Shown here: positions 1-9,416 of the stretch, one piece after another | How the letters are laid out: every line of letters begins with the position of its first letter | Position numbering within the stretch: position 1 is the first letter of the stretch | NCBI GenBank assembly: GCA_905329745.1 | Contig: CAJNSZ010000290.1 | Coordinates: 73,052-84,757 of the forward strand | Length of the DNA: 11,706 bases | Source of the DNA: Rotaria sp. | Lineage: Eukaryota | Reading direction: 5' to 3' | The notes under the pieces: generated by a model | The model's database searches: none | What the model was told of the DNA's origin: nothing | Seen by the model: the letters and a program-made list of their open reading frames with translations, nothing else | Program-made: the position numbers and the translations under genes

Positions 1-1289
1 AGTATTATGACATCTCATTATTACGCACAGAATCTTTCACCACTGGTTTTAAACGAGAAAATGGTGGTAAAAATTAAGGCCAATCTAACAACTCTATACT
101 ATCAGATTGATTCGGCAGCTCACACATTTCCATTGTTTCGAAGCACTATGAAGTTTGATATTAAAGGACAAATAAAAAATAGTTCGGCAAAATTAAACAA
201 ACTCGAAACCACCTTTCATCGACTATGTAAAATGTTGCACCATCCTCGCCTGCTCCAAGAAATAGCTATGCTCAACTTTTCGATATGGGGTGAGGGAAAG
301 GTTTATTCCAGGACGAAAATGAATTGAAATGCTTGGCACCATATATTTCCATGGTGAGTTTTCCAATAAATATAGAAACTCTTCTTCCAGATAAACTGTG
401 ACAACTGTAGATTCTATTAACAGAAAGAAGCAATTATACATGGTGAGAAAGTTAATAACAGGACCGATATCAAAATGAATAATAGCGGGCAAAAGATCTA
501 CAGCTAAACGAAACTTATCTAAAAGAATCTCCCTTACCTTGAAGCTTCTGTCACAAGTAGAGGTTTTGAAGCCTGATTTCAGGCACTTATTCCGGCTGCC
601 CAGGTCGAAAAAGCAGACATCAGATCCTGCAAGATTGTGTAAGATCTGATCCCTACAAGATTTTTCATACGATCATACTATCATACCAAATATGTTTGTA
701 TTTTTGAAGATTTCATCAGATTCTGACTGTAAGATGTCAGCCAAAAATCTTGTAAGAATCAAAGATTAAGAAACTAACATGATCAAACTGTATGATTCCT
801 ATCCGATCTTAAAAAAACCTATCAGATTCTTCAAATAAGAAACAGATACTATGGAGTACAATCAGTCTTGTTTATTCTTATTTGATCGTAAATGATCAGC
901 TCTATATAACATTTCCTCGAGCATCATCAACCTGATCAGCTTTATTCTGAGGGAAAGCACCTAAAAAAAACAGAATTGAGTAGTCCAATTACATTCCTTC
1001 TCTCTCTAACGCATTAGCATCCGTACGTTGAGTTTTGTTCACATTCTTTCATGTCGGTCACAGCATAGAAAACCCTTCCTTATACTTAATACGTTTTCAT
1101 TTACAAACAAATCCAGCATCCAAACTTCAATTTTTAATTTTCTACACGCTGACCAAAGTGATCACACTTTTCATTTATTCTTCCAAATTTATCAACTCCA
1201 AAATGTTAAATAAATATTACATTTTTCCATATTCCTCGCGTCTAAAGTTTCAACTTCTACTATAATGTTCCGATGCCGACAATACTTAA

Positions 1290-1740
1290 AGTAGTACCTA
1301 GGAGAACGTTCCACATACAACTAGCACACCTAGGCACGAGTTCTAGGTAACGTTTCAGTACTCAAAAGTCAGTCCTATGTACCGCTAGCGTACCTACGAG
1401 CCGACTCTAGACAGCCTTGGAATACTGAGGAGTGAGTTTCAGGCATCCATGAGCTACTTAGAAGTGAACACAATGGACCCGTGGGGTTCTCAGGAGTGAC
1501 GTCTACATACACCATTGGTGCCTCCAAGTGGATTCTAGAAACCTTCAGGGTACTTAGAAGTGACTCCTATGTGATACTTGGGCACTTAAAACTGCGTTCA
1601 ATATACCTCTGCAGTACTTAGGAGGGAGTCCTAGGTATACCTCAGATATTTACAAGTGAGTTCTATATACCCTGGGGTATTCAAAAGTGAATTTCAAGTA
1701 CTCCTAGAATAATTAACAGTCAGTCCAATCTATTTTTGAG
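1290..1740. repeat. degenerate left edge of the minisatellite
   Basis: Recognisable but diverged units: acctaggcacgagttctaggtaacg, gtacttagaagtgactcctatgtgat, gtacttaggagggagtcctaggtatacc, atttacaagtgagttctatatacc. Confidence 0.75.
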
Positions 1741-2760
1741 ATACTTAGCAGTGAGTCCTAGGTATCCCCGGGATACTTAGGAGTAAGTTTTAGGTACCGC
1801 CAGAGTACTTACGTGTGAGTTCTAGCTACCCCCAGGGTACTTACGAGTGAGTTCGAGGTATCCCCACAGCACTTATGAGTTAGTTCTAAATATCCCCACA
1901 ATACTTAGGAGTGAGTCCTAGGTACCCGTCAGGGTACTTATGAGTGACTTCTAAGTACCCGTCAGGATACTTATCAGTGAGTTCTAGGTACCCCCGGATA
2001 CCTAGGAGTAAGTTCTAGGTACCTCCAGTGTACGTAGAAGTGAGTTCTAGGTACCCCAGGGTACTTAGGAGTGAGTTCTAGGTATCCACACAATACTTAG
2101 GAGTGAGTTCTAGGTACCCGTCAGGGTACTTATGAGTGATTTCTAAGTACCCGTCAGGGTACTTATGAGTGAGTTCTAGTACCTTCAGTGTACGTAGGAG
2201 TGAGTTCTAGTACCTTCAGTGTACGTAGGAGTGAGTTCTAGGTACCCGCAAGATACCTAGGAGTGAGTTCTAGGTACCTCCAGTGTACGTAGAAGTGAGT
2301 TCTAGGTACCCCCAGGGTACTTACGAGTGAGTTCTAGGTATCCCCACAATACTTAGGAGTGAGTTCTAGGTACCCCCGGGGTACTGCCGAGTGAGTTCTA
2401 GGTATCTCCACGGTACTTATGAGTGACTTCTAGGTACCCGTCAGGGTACTTATGAGTGGGTTCTAGGTACCTCCAGTGTACGTAGGAGTGAGTTCCAGGT
2501 ACCCGCAGGATACTTAGAAGTGAGTTCTTGGTACGTCCAGTGTACGTAGGAGTGAGTTCTAGGTACCCCCAGGGTAGTTACGAGTGAGGTCTAGTTATCC
2601 CCACAGCACTTATGAGTTAGTTCTAAATACCCCCACAATACTTAGGAGTGAGTTCTAGGTACCCTTCAGGGTAGTTATGGGTGAGTTCTAGGTACCCCAT
2701 TGATACTTAGAAGTGAGTCCTATGTACTCCTGAGGTGCTTAAAAGTAGGCGTAGGTACCC
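1741..2760. repeat. minisatellite core, about 31-33 bp unit, consensus near GTACTTAGGAGTGAGTTCTAGGTACCCCCAGG, roughly 32 copies
   Basis: Unit starts read directly at 1741, 1773, 1805, 1837, 1869, 1901, 1934, 1967, 1998, 2030, 2061 and 2093, giving spacings of 31-33. The recurrent words GTGAGTTCTAGGTACC and TACTTAGGAGTGAGT continue to about 2760. Confidence 0.96.
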
Positions 2761-3050
2761 ATGTGTACTTAAAACTGAGTCCAATCTATCTCTGAGGTAC
2801 TTAGGAGTGGGTTCTAGGTACCTTTGTATATTCACAAGGTAATCCTATATACCGTGGGATATCTGAAAGTGGTCCGAAGTACCGCTTGGGTGCTGAAAAG
2901 TGAGTCCAATCTACCTTTGTGGTACTTGGAAGTCAATCTTACGTTTGCCGGAAACAGTTTGGAGTGAGTCTAAAGTACCGCAGATGTGCCTATGGCTGAG
3001 TCCTTGGTATCGTCGGGTTGTGGAATATGGGTCCCTGTGGATTTGTGTTT
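2761..3050. repeat. degenerate right edge of the minisatellite
   Basis: Diverged units: gtacttaaaactgagtccaatcta, gtacttaggagtgggttctaggtacc, tttggagtgagtctaaagtaccg, ggctgagtccttggtatcg. Confidence 0.7.
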
Positions 3051-4084
3051 TTAAATAGATTCGCATGGTTATTTAACGTTACGTTGAAGTCTAATTGATG
3101 AAGTGGGTGAAGATTCGCAATTATGTATGTTTCTGAGTGTATCTGGGAAATTATTAGTACACGGTTTGATTTCATGATATCAGATCATGTTGTAAGATCA
3201 TACAAGAGTCGTACCATACGGATTGATATCAGATCGCAGGAACTACGATTTTTTGTATGATTTTTCGTATGATCCTACATGAACTTATATGGTTCTGACA
3301 TCTGATCGGATATGGTCATATATGAATACATAACTGGTCTTACTATCTGTTTGCTCGACCTGGGTGCATATTTTTAGCAAAGGTGAGATATAAGATCAAC
3401 ATCAAAGAATTATTCAAATGTCATTCCGTTGTGCTGGAAAAGACACTCAAAACTGTCCTTCTATTTCATGAGAGGTATGGTTTTGATTTTCGCTTTGGCA
3501 AAGGTTTTCCTGTGCATACTTCTAATCTCAAAGCAGGCTCACTTATTTGCCTTCGAAATAAGGCTGCAAAACGCTATCCTAAGTCACTTCTATACTAAAC
3601 TTTACATACTTATATCTTTTCGAACTGTGATGACATCAGCACAGTATGATCAGTATAGCTGATTCCAGTAAAAATACTACTCTGATTTTATGAAATAGGA
3701 AAAATGACGTAATCCTTGCGTGTCGTTATATCTTGTTTGAAACTGGATACAATCAAATCACTGAATTTTTCAAAGAAAATATTATTCTTTATGACATTCA
3801 ACTGAAATAAAACTTGATAGATCTCATAAGTTTTGATAGTTGCGCTTTCCTTATCTCGAATATATCATTTTGGATTCTTCTTGCTCATGCGCTACAAAAA
3901 AATCGTCTAATTTCTTTTTCTTTTTCATCATGGCGTGCAGATGGATAAAAGAACATAGTATCCACAATCCTATACTCGGTGCTGCATAGTTATATAGTAA
4001 AACTACGGAATAAATTTGGTATCCTAGCACTTTCGTCAAAAGTTATGAATATTTTAGTTTTGCCCTTGTAGAGCATGCTACATA

Positions 4085-4216
4085 CTTAGGGTATACCAAA
4101 AGTAATGACGCCACCGTCATAATATAGTATATAAGGCTTATGGAATTTTTTTCTCTCATATATTCTGATAGAGCAAGTTTCGCTCTATCATTCTACATAT
4201 TTCATAAATCTTCAAA
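4085..4216 (+). repeat. left terminal inverted repeat of the mariner element (132 bp)
   Basis: Ungapped inverted match to 5642-5773 with 9 mismatches in 132 bp. Coordinate sums are constant at 9858. Confidence 0.92.
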
Positions 4217-4508
4217 TGTATAGAAATTTAAAAAAGTATTGAACGATTTTAAGTCGCCTGGACTTTCCTCGAAATTTTACTATGAAAATGCGAAAGAGTT
4301 TACCATGTATGCGTAAAAAACAAACAGTACGTGCATCTTTTATACATACACGTTACTGGATATGAAATTAGTCGAAAAGCAAAGAAAAGAAAATGTGCGA
4401 ATATGTAAAAAGAAAAAAGATAAGAACAGAAACAACATGCTCTAGCGACACATCATAGTGCTTGCGACCTAGATCATAAGAGAATCACAACTACTCATCG
4501 CTCTTCAA

Positions 4509-5558
4509 ATGGATAAAGAACATTTCCGTTTCTATATTAAAGTCCGTACTGCACTTCATATTCAACCAACAGTCATTCATAACGAATTACATACTGTCTT
4601 TGGTGATCAAGCTTCCCTTCTCAGAACTGTTCAAAGGTGGTCAAAATCGTTTCCTGAATGTCGAGTAGAAGTTGAAGATGAAGAAAGATCTGGAAGACCT
4701 GTAACGGAGACAACACCCGAAAATGTCGACTGGATCCGTGATCTTATCAATGATGATCCTTATCTTACAGTTGACGAGATCGAAGAACAAACGGGTCTAA
4801 GTCATGGCACTGTGCAACGAATCATTTCTGACCATTTACAGTTGAGAAAAATAACCACTCGTTATATTCCTAAACATCTAACAAATTCTCAGAAGGCTGA
4901 ATGGGTGTGTATATGTCAGGAGAATTTATCAAAATTTGAACAAGGTGTTTGGAGATTAAGTGATGTGGTGACAGGAGATGAATCATGGTTTTATCACAAG
5001 CAAATCGGTCGAAAGTCGTCGAATGCTGCTTGGGTAGCACGTGGAGGTGCCCAACCAGCGGTGGTTCGACGTAGTCGCTTTGCTCCTAGAACGTTCCTGT
5101 CTATTTTCTTTAAGTCAACTGGTCCAGTTTTGGTTCATCGTGTTGAATGTGGACAAACAATTGATCATGAATATTACATCGACAATTGTTTGGCGCCTGA
5201 TCTCGAAGAAATTAAGAACTAACGACTCTCTTTAGGCGTTCATGGGATTAAACTCCATCATGACAATGGCAAACCACACATTCATATAGATGTGGTCAGT
5301 TATCTGGAATCTGAAGGCGTGACGATTATGCCACACCCACCCAACTCGCCAGATCTGGTTCCGTGTGACTTTTGGTTGTTTGATTTATTCAAACAAAATC
5401 TCGGTAATCAAGATAATGCCGAGTCGTTATATGAAGCTGTTGTGAAGTTCATGAAGTCATTGAAGAAGGAAGAGTATAAAAAGACTTTCGACAAATGGAC
5501 TGAACGGATGAAGTTATGTATAAACAATCAGGGAGAGTATTTTGAACATTTGTTATAA
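4509..5558 (+). pseudogene. mariner-family transposase, 350-codon frame with one internal TAA (5220-5222)
   Basis: The N-terminal half is ORF 4509-5222 (VQRW, EDEERSGRP, VDEIEEQTGLSHGTVQRI, VTGDESWF). The C-terminal half lies in the same frame: RLSLGVHGIKLHHDNGKPH...MPHPPNSPDLVPCDFWLFDLFKQ...YFEHLL*. Catalytic Asp codons are at 4977-4979, 5262-5264 and 5367-5369, with 34 residues between the second and third (D34D). There is no frameshift; the two track ORFs at 4509 and 5292 share a frame. Confidence 0.95.
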
Positions 5559-5562
5559 TAAA
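5557..5562 (+). promoter_or_regulatory. possible transposase polyadenylation signal AATAAA overlapping the final TAA
   Basis: TTGTTATAATAAAACATG: the stop at 5556-5558 overlaps AATAAA at 5557-5562. Confidence 0.4.
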
Positions 5563-5641
5563 ACATGATGAACTTGCTGCAAAAAATTTTTTTTGACGAC
5601 TCAGATACTTTTCCCCTTATACTTTGAATATTTTATTACTG

Positions 5642-5773
5642 TTTAAAGATTTATAAAATATGTAGAACGATAGAGCGAAACTTGCCCTATCAGAATATAT
5701 GAGAGAAAAAAATTTCATAAGCCTTATATACAATATTATGAGGGTGGCGTCATTACTTTTGGTATGCGCTAAG
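5642..5773 (-). repeat. right terminal inverted repeat of the mariner element (132 bp)
   Basis: Reverse complement matches 4085-4216 at 123/132 positions, no indels. Confidence 0.92.
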
Positions 5774-6319
5774 TGTATCGGTTTAAATTATGCTTCTATG
5801 TCTTCATTATTGTTTTTCTTGATATTAAGAAGTTCTATTGATTGAACTATTAGCTACTGATATTGCGCAGCAATTTAGATAAAGCAATACTGTATAGTAC
5901 ATTTACGAAACAACTTTAACTTTGAACTGTACAGGAAATAAAAGTTGAAAATTTGTAATCGATTTTGCAGGGTAACCCTGTCAGTAACCGTGTCAGGACA
6001 GGACAGGATGTGTTTTTTTCTAAATATTTCTGGCCCACAGGATGGGATAAGACAGAGCAGGGTACAGGACAGGGTGAAAAAAACTGTCCTGTGGACACCT
6101 CTGGTACTTACTTCTTCGTCTCATATTTGTTGACGTTATAGAAAAACTTTTATTTTTCAACTGTCACAAATCTTCACATTGAAATAGAAATACACATCAT
6201 TCTTTAAATGCAGTTATCTATGCGTAAAGTACAAGAGAGGTCCTCAAAAATCATCTCTTTTCTCCTCTGATGACTACAATAACTGTTTACATTCAATTAC
6301 GAAACTAAATTTCTCGTAG

Positions 6320-6346
6320 CAAAAAAACAAAAACAAAAACAAAAAC
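6320..6346 (+). repeat. simple repeat (CAAAAA)n, about 4 units
   Basis: caaaaaaacaaaaacaaaaacaaaaac read directly. Confidence 0.9.
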
Positions 6347-9300
6347 ATTTAGATTTTCAACTATCTATCAGTTCTAAAATGATACTTAGTCTCAATAGAA
6401 TATATATGAATTAATTTTATACTTGACATTCATCAAGAAAAATCATATGCTGATCTTATATTCATACAAGAAAAGTTCTTTTCTAATAGAATTAGGTTTT
6501 CTAATTTCAGTAAACCCGAAAACTAAAAAGATACATAGTCAAGAAAAACTATGTGTTGCAAAATTGAATCTGTCTATTATAGAAATTCTTGTTCAAAATA
6601 TTTCTATAGCCCACATGAAATAGTCATAACATTAACGGAATATATGCATATTTTTTGAATTTTAATTCTTAAATATTTAGTAATTTCTCCTATTATGTAA
6701 AGATCTGTTTCAGTTCTATTATTAACCTCTATATTTTTAGCATTTTAAAAATGAATTGTTGTAGGTAAAATGAGAAATTTCTAGAAACGACATCAAATAT
6801 AGCTTCATTTAATAATTATCAATTTAATAGTCATATAGAGTACTGTCAAATCAAAAGAGTGCGCTGTCCTTTTTTTGTCTTTTTGTAATTCTGAAATGTC
6901 AGAAAAATTTTAGTGGCTCTGAGTTCAAACAATATAAAAAGCATTTTCAGTAAAATTTTTACGGCAAATATTTGTTAAGTCGTTCGATAATCTTCTTGTT
7001 CTTCAAAAAGTCATGGAGTATACAAAAATTTAATGAGAAGAAAATCCTAATCAGGAATGACTACAATATACACATGACACTAGATATCTTTTACTTTACA
7101 TTTTCGTTTTATTCAAGTCTATAAAAACAAAGACAATGTCAAGAAATTCGATTAACCTTCCGTTAGATATATCTATTTTGCTAATGGTAGCAAAATATAA
7201 GAATAAAACTAGCTAATGAATCGCAAGAAGGACACATATTTAATAAAAAAAAATGTTAAAATAATCTTTTTTGAAAAAGATTTTGAAGTGTGGGTCTTTT
7301 CTAAGATTTTTATTGTTTTCTGATTGACTTTTACTACTCAGAATGATGAAGAACCCCATTTTATACATATTTTATATGAAATCTATTAGAAAAACATGAA
7401 TTCGGCAGAATGAAAACTAATGTAGATATAGTTACAATACTCGGACTCCCATTAATACAGAGGAATTCATAAAAATTTTATACATATCAAATGAAAATTT
7501 CGCAAACAATCAGTTATTTGAAAATTTTGATACTTTGCCTCTTTCAATGACTTTCCTTGCTGTCATCTGTTTCAAAACTGTTTATTTACTATCTAAACAT
7601 TCAGATATATGAGTAGTTAAATTGAGAGAATGACGATATTGTCTCAAGTAATTTTCAACTTCCATTAATGTTCCTTTTCTCACACAGATACTCACAACAC
7701 TAACCGTTGGCAGTAATATCAACGATAATGAGCCACAAATATTTGCAAAAGTACTGAAAACGAATAAAGTAAGTTTATTTTTTCTACGAGATCTATTTAT
7801 TGCAGGTAATGATTTTCTCACAAAAATAAAAAATAGATTAAATTATCAATAGTCTGTAGTCAAATACAAGATAGTTCTTGTTATTTTCTTCAGATAGTTT
7901 GTTCACACTCATAATCTATAATTGTGAACAATGGTCAAGAATGTAATACTTATTTCAATAGGATATAAACAATATAAAGTTGACATTCTTAATAAATTAC
8001 TTTCAAACTGAATTGAAGTCAATTTCTAAACAATAGAATGAAATACTACGATAATTCTAAACAAACTTGATTTTTTTTTATCTTAAGATTTTTATTCGAC
8101 ATGACCAATTCAAAATATATAGAAAAAGAATTTAGAATAATACAAGATTTATAATACTATTCTTTCTAGGGTTAAAGTTTTCTACTTGGATCAATTTCAG
8201 GTATGAATAAAACAGAAAAATTTCTTAATTTGGGAGATAAAAGATAGTGACATTTGGTATCTAATATATCATTACATCATAAGTAGGAGAATTGAAAATT
8301 GTGATATTCACTAGGTTTATTTAATATGCATTGAAAAGTTAAATATTCTTTTATATCGGAATTCCGATCTAATTTCAATTACAAGTTACAAAGAACGGAT
8401 TTCTCAAGTACATTGTCTCAGTAACTCACAAAAATCAAATAGTTTTATTGTTGAAAAAAAATGTTTCTCTAGTTAATATTTCTCTTCAGTAGTTCTTTAT
8501 TTTTTCCTAACTATTACTCGAAAAGAACACAATTCAATTATTAAATTTTGCTTTTGTAACAATATTTACTTTTCTTTTCAATAACACTTAAGATCGAATA
8601 AATTTTCATGAAAACCAATCTGCTTAATCATTCATTCATCGAACATTAGCTATAAAGAATCACTTCGTAAGCTTATTCGTGATAACGTCTGTTATACTAG
8701 CAGTTTTTCATATTTCAAACTACTTCTTCTTCTTTACTATACAAAAATAAAATACTGTGAACAAAAAAGGAAATCAAAATATCTTTCATGAAATTAATTT
8801 CTACCATTAAAAAATTGAATTTTCAGATGAAAAGTCAAAGTATATGTTTGTCTAATACTAAAATCACAAAGAATTTCTTCGAACTTGTCGCTTAAGTATT
8901 GTTTTCAAATGTTTTTAGAAATATTTATCTTTATTGAAGTAGAAAAAAATGCTTTTTTTCAGAACTAATACACAAGTATATGTATAGAATGAACAAAAAG
9001 TATTAATAACGATACTTTATGAAAGCATAGTTATATTTAAATGTATGTTAGTCTTTATTGATCTTCTTTCAGATTTTATTTTCTTCAATTTTTCTTGAAA
9101 ATGTTAAATATAAATCTTAAAAATTGTGTAAACTTTGCTGAAAAAATCATTAAGAACTACAAAAAAAAAATTAGTTATTCTAATTTTCTAGTCTAAAAGT
9201 AGAATATTTCTTATAAAAAATCTTCTGAAATTCTAACATATTTAAACAGTAGAATTTATTTATGTATAAATATTTTCATTTGAAGAACTTGATATATGTA

Positions 9301-9390
9301 TGCACATTTATTTGAATATATTTAAATTAAACATTTTAAATAATCTCATATTAAATTATTTGTGTCAAAATCATTTTCCTTCCTTTCCAA

Positions 9391-9416
9391 CTCTCTCTCT
9401 CTATATATATATATAT
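9391..9416 (+). repeat. compound microsatellite (CT)6(AT)7
   Basis: ctctctctctctatatatatatatat read directly. Confidence 0.95.

Larger units (their letters stand above)
599..3364. mobile_element. hypothetical non-autonomous element enclosing the minisatellite
   Basis: CCCAGGTCGAAAAAGCAGAC at 599-618 matches the reverse complement of 3345-3364 (CCCAGGTCGAGCAAACAGAT) at 16/20 positions, including a perfect first 10. Both subterminal zones (about 615-860 and 3170-3330) are rich in CAGAT/GATC/GTAAGAT/CATACGATC words. The same dinucleotide TG sits outside both ends. No coding evidence. Confidence 0.35.
4085..5773 (+). mobile_element. mariner-type DNA transposon, near full-length (1689 bp), with a transposase pseudogene
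   Basis: Left end CTTAGGGTATACCAAAAGTAATGACGCCACCGTCATAATAT... aligns without gaps to the reverse complement of the right end CTTAGCGCATACCAAAAGTAATGACGCCACCCTCATAATAT... It encloses a mariner-like transposase with a D,D34D arrangement. Flanking dinucleotides are TA (4083-4084) and TG (5774-5775), consistent with a TA target duplication carrying one change. Alternative narrower boundaries are 4096-5762, which are flanked by intact TA on both sides (4094-4095 and 5763-5764). Confidence 0.93.

Noticed and set aside
1741-2760. CRISPR-like array
   Set aside because: The units are contiguous, about 32 bp with variation spread over the whole unit, and there are no unique spacers between conserved repeats. 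This is a minisatellite.
1741-2760. Telomeric repeat tract (contains CTTAGG words)
   Set aside because: TTAGG occurs only once per 32 bp unit and is embedded in a longer complex unit; there is no short telomeric periodicity.
3383-3662. Two overlapping 71 and 77 aa plus-strand ORFs
   Set aside because: They occupy competing frames with no recognised domain; insufficient to call coding.
5220-5222. Reassigned genetic code (TAA read as Gln) making the transposase intact
   Set aside because: The protein terminates at the expected mariner length with another TAA (5556-5558), so a simple nonsense mutation is the more economical explanation.
5041-5235. ORF of 64 aa in another frame inside the transposase
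   Set aside because: It overlaps the well-supported transposase frame and has no recognisable motifs.
5292-5558. Independent 88 aa gene
   Set aside because: It is in the same frame as 4509-5222 and carries the third catalytic Asp motif (NSPDLVPCDFWLF), so it is the C-terminal part of the same transposase.
5916-6133. Short ORFs on both strands (60 and 62 aa)
   Set aside because: They are explained by the CAGGACAGG repeat patch, which is open on both strands; no protein-like conservation is evident.
6320-6346. Poly(A)-like tail of a SINE or LINE from (CAAAAA)n
   Set aside because: No retrotransposon body, promoter box or target duplication could be identified next to it, so only a simple repeat is supported.
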